Position numbers and translations under genes: made by a program | Origin: the human T2T-CHM13v2.0 reference genome, Homo sapiens | DNA: 64,000 bases | Reading direction: 5' to 3' (one strand) | NCBI RefSeq assembly: GCF_009914755.1 | Contig: NC_060934.1 | The notes under the pieces: generated by a model | Told to the model about the DNA's origin: nothing | The model's database searches: none | The model's input: the letters and a program-made list of their open reading frames with translations, nothing else | Shown: in pieces, positions 41,036-51,239 of the stretch | Position numbering within the stretch: position 1 is the first letter of the stretch | How the letters are laid out: every line of letters begins with the position of its first letter

Positions 41036-43059
41036 ACAGACAGGCTTTCTAAAGCAGACCTTTAGAATCAGATGAAATAAACCTTCTCCTCTGAAAGCTC
41101 CCCCACCAATTATTCCAGGCCACATGCTTCACTGCTCAGGTAATGAGAGGGTCTGGGCTCCAGAGGTTCAGCCACTGCTCTCTCAAGATACTTTTCTAAA
41201 ACGACAAACCTCCCAAAGAATTTTCCAGAGTTTCACATGTGCAACAGTTGAAACTATGTTGTGTTGGGTTGTTTTTTTTTTTCCCCTGAAAACACATGTG
41301 TCCTTTTGTTTCACGGTCTCACTTGGCACCAAGCACCTAGTTCATTTGCCCATCAGATTAGCTCGAATTACATGCTTTTACTGCTCCTACAAGCTAATGC
41401 AAGAGACCTACAATTAACTGTGGGCTGGTTTAAGCCCTAAATGAAACTAATGTCTGCCCCGACCAAATGCCTCAGGACCCACTTTTTTTTCCTGTAAATT
41501 GCTATTTTTGTAGGCTGTCTTCCAGCAGTTGAGCCCCAAAACAAGTTGGAACTGTAAACCTACTAGATTCTACTCACAAGTATTGTTGAATCCGTCTCTT
41601 GCACTGTCTCTGAAAGCTTAGCAAAATGCACAATAGTGTCCTTATGAAGGAGGACAGAATTGCCACTCTTAATATAGTCTCATTCAAGTTCACATAATAG
41701 CAGAAGTGAGAGAAAACCACCCACATCCCTGCCTTCCATGGGTAGGCTCCATATGTCAAGACATAGGAAGACATAATATTGCCTGCCTTTATATCTGCAA
41801 ATTGAAGAGCTAATTCATTTCTAAGGAAAAAGAAATACATTTGGCACTGAAATGGAAAATACCAGGAATGTTGGAAAATTCCAGTGCCAGTTCTAAAATG
41901 ATGACAGGGTACACAAATGTGTTCTGGCTGGTTAAATTTTGCAAATTTCAGAAAAAGATGAATGGATAATAAGCATGATTCTTGCTTATGGACCCCCATG
42001 GAAAAGTAGCATAATATCGGTATTACATTACCTTTCATTTCCATCAGCAATGAGTTACACTATGTCAGTCCCTAAGAGAGACAATCAGATAAAACCCTAC
42101 CAAGTGCCTGTGGAATTTGCTGCTCCTGGCATCAGGACTGAAAGAGCAGGGTGAATTAAGCAGAGCTAATCGTGCTTTTGGAGGTGGAAGGGTGGGGAAG
42201 AATGCATTTATGTAACTCTCCTCCGTAGAGCAGCAGACTTCATTTTGCCAAAGATCACTTTTCTCCTAACTACCATCATAAAAGAACCAATGAAGGCTTT
42301 CAGTAATAGGAACTGCGAGTGGAAAATGAGGTCCCAAACTGATGTCTTCACTTGCCTGACTCAGAAACCATGTCTTCTGCAATGACTTTAATGGTACAAG
42401 TAGTATCTGTTACCTCCCCTGAGAGCCAGACTCTTGGCCTGACATCCTTAATAGTTAAATTAGACCACCATTTCCTCTGGCTCAACTTTTATTCCTGAAC
42501 AAGTCATACTGGTTGCATGGTCAAAGGTTGGATTATACAGAAAGTCAATAGGTGCTTTTGAGGCTAAAGAGACAAGCACCTGTCCTACTTTAAAAGCATC
42601 CATTCCTCTCTTGTTTTAAGATTGAAATATACCTGGAAGGGTGGTTACTAACCTCTAGGGTTCACTTGCCCAGGAAGCAGGAGACCATGATCTGAAAAAT
42701 CATGTCATCACTTCCATGTGTACATGACTGTGTTCAAATATGTATAGATGACGTCCTAACAGTAACAGACAAATTCATTTAAAAGCATTTCCTCATTTAG
42801 AGTAGCTTTTTGACATTATAGGTTTCATCAACATTGGATACTGAACATACAACCACAGGCCATGAGCATCTGGACAACTTTGTGACATTATGAGTAGTTC
42901 CTCCATGTTTGGACTCACCGAGCTAGGAGGCCATCAAATTTCATTATTGTCTGAAGTCACTTTCAGGGCTCCAGAAATATCCTCTAGAGAGTTTGAGAAA
43001 CAAAATGCCACAGTTTTCTTATTCTTGTTCCACATATTGGTATTGATACCTCCTAATGA

Positions 43060-43512
43060 TGTAAGTGCAACAGACCCCCCAGGTTACAAGTCACAGTAAC
43101 CTGAGCATGTGCAGATGAACCCAGCATGCCTGATTAGTGACCCTGGAGCAGGCTGGAAAGAAAAATTCAAGCACATGTGAAATGTAAGTACCGAACCCAG
43201 AAATGGGGACCAAATTAAGAAGTGAGGGGTGCCCCCTTTTGTTGCAGTATGAACTTAAAAGTCAAGGACCCAGCACCACCTCTCTGCATAGCCCAAATCA
43301 GGTCATGCCTCCTTGCATTTCCTTAGCTCCCTTATAATTACTCTCAGCCTATAAAACCTGTCCCCAGACCCCAGCTCCGGGAGACAGATTTGAGGTTTCC
43401 TCCTGTCTCCTTGATAGTCAACCTTGCAAGAAAGCTTTCTCTTTTGTCAAAAGCCAGTGCCATAGTGTTGGATTCTATGTGCATTGAGCAGGGAACCCAT
43501 TGCTTGGTGACA
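43060..43512 (+). mobile_element. ERV solo LTR (subfamily not assigned)
   Basis: TG...CA termini with near-TSD ATGA/ATTA; TATAAAA at 43350; GGAGACAGATTTGAG..TCCTCCTGTCTCC R-region-like motif; degenerate poly-A signal AAGAAA at 43428. Confidence 0.75.
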
Positions 43513-43669
43513 ATTACCATAATGATGATAATGTCAGGAACAGCATACAGAAATAACGACTTTCCCAATGCTATGGAGATCCTTAGGTTCAAGAGCTGAG
43601 GTCTTCTCCTCCTCCAGTTCCCTTTCTACTTTATCACACATTTCTTTGTCATTTCCATAAGATCAAGAT

Positions 43670-43900
43670 GACCTTGGCTTAAGTAACAGCTAAGAAGGCA
43701 GACCTTGGAGCCCCGCTCTGTAGGTTTAAATCCCAGGTCTATCTCTCACTAGCTGTGCAGCCTTAGGCAATTGACCTGCTCTCAGCCTCCGGTTGCTTAC
43801 CTGAAAAATGGATCCCCATTGAGTTTCTACAGTGAAAGAGCCATGGAGGGCCTAAGCCTCAGAGCCTGGTCAAGTATTTGCCATCTATACTGCCTGTTTT
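43670..43900 (+). mobile_element. MIR
   Basis: GGTTTAAATCCCAG..CACTAGCTGTG..CCTTAGGCAATTGAC..AGCCTC..CTGAAAAATGG. Confidence 0.7.
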
Positions 43901-44872
43901 CCCTCTCATATAATTCCCTTTCATCATTTGATCTGTTCATCATGCACTCTTGCAGAGACCATTTCAGAAACCTCTCCAAACCAGGCACTGACACAGAGCA
44001 CTTCTCCGGTTCTATCTGTTCCAAACATTTCCCATATTTCACCTTTTTTTTTTACTCTTCCACATTTTCAAGTTTTGAAGATTTGTTCACAATACAATGA
44101 TTTAGGGTTCTGGATCTTTATTTATGAGCCCTCCTGCCTCTTGCCCAGATACAGGGTGTGGAATATGCTCTTAAGTTGCCTGCAGAGACACAGTTAACCA
44201 GAGCTTGCACATGTGTGCATGCACACACACACACATACACACACACACCCATCCAGGTACACATCAGAGACCTGTCAGCAGGTAATTATCTTCCATGCTG
44301 ATGGCTCTGAATTGCTGACTGCCTTCCAGCTACATTCACTCTTCAAACTTCCAACTTCACTTCCTGTCCTCTTTGCAGCGGTTTCTGACTTCAGGAGCCC
44401 TGAGGCAGTAGACCTGCTCAGCCCTTTCTGTCTTGCCTCTTCTTGCCCCTATAAAGATTTGCTGCCCTGAGCTATACAATTTCCAGAGCAATCATGTAAG
44501 ATACTTTACAACCCAGCCCAGTCCAGAAGCAGAAAGCTATCTTTCTGTAAAGTCAGTCCAACTGTTGTCTTATTATTAGTATTTTATTGGCCAAAGAGTG
44601 CTTGCCCAGATATAGTGGGGCTATTTTTACCCAGGCTGTCCCTTTGCAGGTGCGGCAGGCAATGCAACTTGAACCTGTGTGGTTTCATCTAACGCAGGGG
44701 TAGAGGGAAAAGAGTGGGCTTGGTGAGTTCATTCACCTATGGGATCCTCCTTGTCCCTCTTTTATCTTCTCTGTGCTATCTTCCTTTCTTTGCTCTGATG
44801 AATACTCCTGGTGGCTTGGTACGAGCGTAAAGCCAGAGAGGTTATGTAGCCGAAATTCCTAAGAAGGGAGAA

Positions 44873-44966
44873 CTATTTCACTGTGCACTTACAGATATGT
44901 TGTTTCACTGATCCACAGTAAGTGCACAGTGCAATAGCATATCTGTGCACATCAGTAGCATATCTG
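44873..44966. repeat. Mosaic of short inverted and direct repeats
   Basis: CTATTTCACTGTGCACTTAC (44873) and GTAAGTGCACAGTGCAATAG (44918) pair at 19/20; TAGCATATCTG occurs twice. Confidence 0.85.
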
Positions 44967-45150
44967 ACTCTATTACCAGTAGAAACCACAGATGTTTTCA
45001 CGTAACATTCAGTTGTTGCAGATTTCTCAAAATAACACTTAGGCTCGTTGCTAATTCTAAATGATAGTAGTTATCAGACCTACAGCTAGATCTTGTATTT
45101 TAATGCATTGAAAGAGCACATATATCACTGTATCACAAATTTGGGTTTTT
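44955..45150. mobile_element. hAT-Charlie (Charlie4-like) fragment, copy 1
   Basis: CAGTTGTTGCAGATTTCTCAAAATA..AGACCT.CAGCTAGATCTT; homologous to 46447-46620. Confidence 0.6.
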
Positions 45151-46199
45151 TAGTTTTTGGCATTTAGTATTAGTGGATAAAAGGACAAGGTGCAGGAGGG
45201 GTTAAGTGGTTCTGCAGAGCTGGTCTGACACCCAGGGAGCTCTCTGAGGTCAAGGGATCACTGTTCCCACTGCTGGTCAACTGGTGTCAAGGTTTTGGTC
45301 CCCTCAGCATTATTCGTGGCCCCTCTATATTTGCGTGATAGCTGAATGCCTCCACCTTTGATATTGTTTTAGAAAAATGTTTCTCATTTAGCACTTTGGG
45401 AATAATATAAAATTTCAAAAGCACGGTGTGAAATATTGTAACTATTTTGAAATCTTATATGCTAAAATTCATTCAAAAACTTTGTGTGCATATGTGTATG
45501 TGTGACTCTCTTACTCTCTCCCTTCTCTTCCTTCCCATTTCCCAAATAACCAACCAAATGCGCATTTTTTTTTCATGCTTTCAGTGATCTTCACTAAAAA
45601 GCTCAATGTGTGCTCGTGATAAATACACCCCTGTGGCTACTTGCAAGAGAAACAAACCCCAGCATGAAAATACCAAGTCCTTCCTCTTTTCTTATGTAAA
45701 TAAATCTCCAGATGGCTCATTTGTAAGACTGTGTTTACTAATTTGTGTTTTCTTCCTAGACAATCTGTTCCCAGTAACCATTCTATCATTGAAACTGGAG
45801 GTAATGCTTACAATTTTACTTAATAAAAAGTCTATCAGAAGACTTGGTCCACAGGGGTAGAGTTGGTAGTGCCAATGCCACACACACACAAAGCCCCCAG
45901 GAAGGGCTAACCAATGCTTGTGTTGTTGCTCTTGTTGTTGGACAGGAGATATGTTAAATTAGAATCAGAAGAGAATAATTACTTTCATACATAGTAGAAT
46001 ATCAGAGGTGGAAGGGGCCACAGGCTCATCTAGTCAAGGAATGGACATGTACGCCATGCACGCTTTGCTCTCTCCCCCATCTAGTACCCATGGCAGACAT
46101 CACCAATCATTCATCCTTTCCAATTGGCATCCTTTCCAATTGAACTCAGAGGTGATCTCAAAATGCCTCACCAAGTCACTACCAATCAATCACAGTTGA

Positions 46200-46350
46200 C
46201 ATGTAAGATCATACACATTTGCCATCACTTAGCCCCTCATTTTACTGATGAAACAGTTGAGACTGTGAGGGCGGGAACAATATTATTCAACACTTCCCAG
46301 CCAGTTAAGAACATTAGATGTTAGGCTGGGAAATTTAAACAGGGATCTAT
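46200..46350 (-). mobile_element. MIR fragment
   Basis: CCCCTCATTTTACTGATGAAACAGTTGAGACT. Confidence 0.55.
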
Positions 46351-46446
46351 GATATTGGATGGGAAATTACGTCTTTATTTTCACTACCTCTAACTACAAT
46401 CTAGCATTTTCTTCATTTATGAAGAAGGTGACAAACCACAGTAGCA

Positions 46447-46781
46447 CTAGCACATCTGACTTTGTCACCAGAAGTCACAGACATTTTCATGCAATATTCA
46501 GCTGTTGCAGATTTCTCAAAATATCACTTATGCTCATGGCTAGTTTTAAATTAAATCGTTATTAGACCTGCAGCCAGATCTTATATTTTAATACACATAT
46601 ATTACTATATCATAAAATTTTTAAAAAGTATTTTGATAACTATATTTCAATATATTTGGCTTCTTTTGTAATTCTACGTATTTCACGTTATGCCCCTAAG
46701 GCATTGTTCTGAGAAGGGAGCCAAAAACTTCATCACACTGTCCTGAGGGATCATGGCACAAAAAATTAGGAAAAACCCCTG
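46447..46781. mobile_element. hAT-Charlie (Charlie4-like) fragment with terminus, copy 2
   Basis: Same body as copy 1 plus TTCTGAGAAGGG..CTTCA..CATGGCACAAAAAA..AACCCCTG terminus. Confidence 0.7.
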
Positions 46782-46899
46782 GTTAAGAGAAAAATCGGGT
46801 TTCTTAAACTCCTACCTTCATGTTCTTCCCATAAAACAAGGGCCTCACCGTGAGACCGCTGCCATCTTGGACTGCCCCAATATTTACCTCCATATTAAT

Positions 46900-47270
46900 A
46901 AGAAGGTTTTCTAATTTTAAAAAATTATTCATGCTGATTCAAGAGAGAGACAAAGCAGAGATGCATCAAGCAAAGAGTACAAGTTCCCAAGCTCCACTCC
47001 CCCAAGATAACCATTGTGAACAATTTGGTATATGGCTTTCCCGACACTACACTCATTATGTAATAAACATGGAATAAAACAATTCATGCTCCTCTACAGC
47101 TGGATTTTGTCACTTAACAACATAAAAGAATATAGATGATATCACAGACATCTTTCCTTTTTACAGCTTTGCCGCATTCTTTTCAGTGGCTCCAGAGTGT
47201 TCCAACTCTATGAATGCACCCCAATTCATTTTATGAGCCCCCATAACGGAGATTCATAATCCAAAGTTTT
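46900..47270 (-). mobile_element. Ancient L1ME 3' fragment
   Basis: CCACTCCCCAAGATAACCATTGTGAACAATTTGGTATAT..TCACTTAACAA. Confidence 0.5.
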
Positions 47271-48840
47271 CTTGACAAAAGGTAACAGAGAGAAGTTATC
47301 ATTTGAACTTGAGAAGCTTAGAAGTTTGGCTTTCACGGGTACCACAGCACTCTATGGAACAGTCCTGGTGATGAAGAGGTCGCCAGCGAAATAAACCACA
47401 GCCTGCAGCTCTCTGGACCAAAGAAGGTGCCTCTGTCCTTGGCAAACAGATGTGGCCTTTCCAGGAGGTGAGTGTCTTAGGAGGTGAGTGTCTCAGGAGG
47501 AGTTGGAGTGGTGGCAGGAGAGGTTCAGTCCCCAGCCGGGTGATTCCAGGGTGAGAGTGACCCAGTGCAAGGGCATAAACCAGACACTAGGCCCTATATA
47601 GTCTCAGGGACACAACAGCAAGCGTTACCATCTGCACTTCGTGGGTTGGCGAAAAGCCTCAAGTTCTACTGGACTCGGGGCTCCGCTTGAGAGGACACCC
47701 ACTCATGGCCATGGAGCAATTCTCCCTCTCCAGCTCTGATTCTGTTCCTTCTACAGCTGTGTGTGATACTCCTGCAAACCCCTCCTACTTCAGAGCCACA
47801 GCTGACCGGGAAACCTGCCACCTTGGGATCAGCAGGTTTGGAGAACTATTGTCATCAACTGCCTCTGGGTGGACAAACGGGGAGAAAAAAATAAAAGAAA
47901 CTCTAGTCAAAATCAGTGAATACATAACTTGGTTGACATCACCATGCCCAACACTACTATTAAAATGAAACCAGAAAACTCAGGGAAGGCCAATACAAGA
48001 GCAGAGGCTCCAAAGAAAAGAGGAAAACTTGTTTGCAAAAGGTGAAGTAATGAGACAGCAAGGCACCAGGACACACGTGGAAACCCAGGAGAAGCCAGTC
48101 ATCTCCTCCCGCAAGTGGCTTCAATGTGCAGGGGAGAACTGGCCTGACAGTGCAAGACTGAAGCACGGGGCTGCTGGGCCCAGATCCCCCTGTGATTTGG
48201 GGAAGTGGCTTCCCGGCTTGGTTTTCATTTCCCCAGCCACGAAATTAAGGGTTGGATATAAGAACACTTTTCATCCGACCCCATTCCTCTACCTCTGTTC
48301 ATTTGTGCTCACCACCCACCAAGCTGGTTCTGCATTCGGGTCAGTGTCCACCTCTGCCTGGCTCCTTTCCTCGGACCCCCTTTTTTTTGTTTTCTTTGTA
48401 CGCCTTTATTTCTCAGAAATTGGGCTGCCACCTCCTCCTCCTTCCTAACTCGGGTGTCTCTTCTCCCCCTCACAGATGCTTTCTTCTCTGTCCATCGCAT
48501 CTTGCTGTCTCCATTCTGCTTTGGGTTTCAGCAATTTTAAATTCCCTGGCTTGGAGTCAGCTCCTCTATCAGAACCAATGTGGCTCCAGACTGTGCTACC
48601 CCCGTTCCATGCAGGAAATAAAACAAAGCCGGGCTTGTTCCCAGTTTGATAGGCTGCAAGTTTAGGGAATGGGGGCTTCAAATCTTTCACAATTTTGTTT
48701 TGGCACCAGAGCGTCTGTGTTTAATTCTGCATCTCCTGCCAGACTTGGGAAGCTGAGGCGATAATATCAACATGTGGAGAGATGGGGAGCAGAGACTGGC
48801 CTCTCTCCCCTCCCCGGCGGTGGGGGCAGGGGATAGGGTC

Positions 48841-49240
48841 ACACGAGCACACACAAACACACATGCTCACATACACAGGCACACACGTGTACAGGCTCCC
48901 TCAAACATACACACTCACCCATGCGCATCCAGACACATATACAGGCACACAAAGACACACGTGCACACACTGATACATATACTTCAACAAATACACATGC
49001 ACAGTTATGTGTACACCCACAAAGAAACATTCACCCATGCAGAGAGACACACACTCACCCACCCATAAAGACACATATAGCCACACCAAACATGCACACG
49101 CAGACACTTGTGTGCACACTGATACATACATTTCCCCAGTCATGCTCACACACATAGGCACAGGTTCATATTCAATCACACACAGACATACACACAGATG
49201 CACACACATGCCCACTGATGCACACACTTGCACACAAACA
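48841..49240 (+). repeat. Long degenerate (CA)-rich low-complexity tract with internal higher-order repeats
   Basis: About 400 bp; CATGCTCACA.ACA.AGGCACA at 48862 and 49141; CACACTGATACATA near 48966 and 49115. Confidence 0.9.
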
Positions 49241-49671
49241 GGCAGAGGGAGGTGTGTGCTTTGCGTGGCAAGGGGCTGGGAATATCACAGAGCAAGCCAT
49301 TACGGCCGACCCCCAGATCCCAGGACCTGAGAGAATACAGTTTGTGATCACAAGGCCTCTCCAGGAGCACCCATCATAAAGTTCAACCAATTAAGCAGAC
49401 AGTTTCTATGGAGACGTTTACTTTACTCAGCTCTGGAGTTCTGCAGCTCCTATGTCCTGGGAGATACGCTGTGGCTGCAAGTTGTGGTCAGTCTGCCGCA
49501 AACCCAAAGCCCCGTAATCTCTTTGCATTACTCTCTGCAGATAACTGAGTTGTCTTAGAAAGAACAGGCATGGGAATGAGATGACATTAGCTGACCTCAT
49601 GTAGCACCCGAGAGGTGCCCAGAAAGAATCCGCCCAGAGCCCAACCACAGCTACCACCAGGGACCACCCCA

Positions 49672-49915
49672 TCGTTCACTCCTTCACTCACACATGCATG
49701 CACTCAGCAAGCTACCCCTGAGGGCTAGCCAAAAGCCACAGATGTCCCCAGGCTCTGGGAGCACATCCACAAACCAAGAGGAAGGTCCCTGTCCTTCTGG
49801 ATCCTATAGTCACAGTTGCGGGAGGAGGCAGACATTCATCCAATAATCACACAAAGGGATGTGAAATGACAACTGTGATGAGAGCCCCAGTTCCGTCACA
49901 GAGTGAGATGGGGCA
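49672..49915 (-). mobile_element. L2 3' end
   Basis: TTCACTCCTTCACTC..CTCAGCAA..GGTCCCTGTCCTTCTGGA..GGCAGACATT..AATAATCACACAAA. Confidence 0.6.
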
Positions 49916-50959
49916 ACACCATCAATTGCTCTGGCAATGTCAATTTCTCTGGTATACCACCCTGTCTTCTGCAGCAGTGGGGATGCTGGGGACCAGGTAG
50001 GAAGGACAGGACGCATCTACCTACAGACCTGGCCCACAGAGAAACCCAGTTACGTTAGCCTCATTGTTCTTGTCATCCACCTCTCTAGGCTCTAGAATCT
50101 TGGAGAGAAGGAACGAAGATCATTAAAAACTCATGATCACCTAAGTAGGGTAGGGGGGCTGTAGCCATAGATGCCTTTGCATGCTTTTAGCAGGAGAAAC
50201 AGACATAGGAGAAACAGGCTACCATGAAGAATAAGTAAGGTAATGAACCTGCAGCACTTAGCAGTGTGCCTGGCACCTAGAAGCTGCCTAAAAAATGTGG
50301 CTGGTGTTGCTTTCCTGTTATTTAGTGTCCTAGTTATGCTTGAGCTCAGGTCTTCAGTGAAGAGATCTACATCCCTCAGAGAGAAAAGAATTGCAGTGAA
50401 GGCTGGAGGGGACCATACACCCCAGGGAGAGGGTCAGGGCAAGGAGCCAAGCAGGCTGGGCGAAAATTTGGCACGGCACATCCAGGAAAGGATAAGCCAG
50501 AACTGATTCGCGTCTCCTCTTCTATCTGATACTTTAGGGCAATTTAAAATGTGTTATCTGACAATATAGAAAGGAGAACATTAGAGTGGCCATGCTGAAG
50601 AATGTTAAGAAATCATCGTTTTACAACAGATTATCCAGTCCTGACTTGGTGGAATCAGGACTTCTGTCTTTATTTGTAAAAGTCCACCACCAACAGTTAG
50701 CATTGCCTCCTAGAGCCAATAGCCTGTGGGTACTGGAGAGGGAGGGGTGCCCGGCTGCTGGGGTGCCACAGTGGCCACGGTGATGTAGATTCTCTCTCCA
50801 TTGGGCTTGCCCAATACGTTTCACGGGACGTCTCCCCTAATCTCTTGACCTGCCTCTAGTTCCTCATGGAGGTGGAGACCTGCCTTGAATCTCAGGCCAC
50901 TGTGAGCCTTGTTATCAGGAAAGCAGGGTTTTGAAATTTCATCTGCTAATCCATGAAAA

Positions 50960-51150
50960 ACAATACAAGACACTGGGTCTGGATACTAGCAAGCCCCTGT
51001 TTAAATTCCTCTCTGACACTTACCAGCTGAGGATCTTGGGCAAGTCACTAACCACTGTAAGCCTTACTTTCCTTGTCTATAAAAGGAGAATAATAAGACC
51101 TACATCACAGAGTTATTGTGAGAACTAGATGAGATGATGCCTCTAAATAG
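50960..51150 (+). mobile_element. MIR
   Basis: CACTTACCAGCTG..ATCTTGGGCAAGTCACTAACC..CTATAAAAGGAGAATAATAA..CACAGAGTTATTGTGAGAA. Confidence 0.85.
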
Positions 51151-51189
51151 CTTTTGTTTGTTTCTACTCCACCTTTCTCCAGAGTAGGG

Positions 51190-51196
51190 GTGTGTG

Positions 51197-51238
<42 letters not shown>
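51190..51238 (+). repeat. (GT)n microsatellite, about 20 uninterrupted units
   Basis: GT run at 51199-51238. Confidence 0.95.

Positions 51239-51239
<1 letters not shown>

Noticed and set aside
41574-42050. 158-aa - strand ORF
   Set aside because: No recognisable homology and composition typical of AT-rich non-coding DNA.
48772-49390. Overlapping His/Thr- and Cys/Val-rich ORFs
   Set aside because: Artefacts of the stop-poor CA/TG low-complexity tract.
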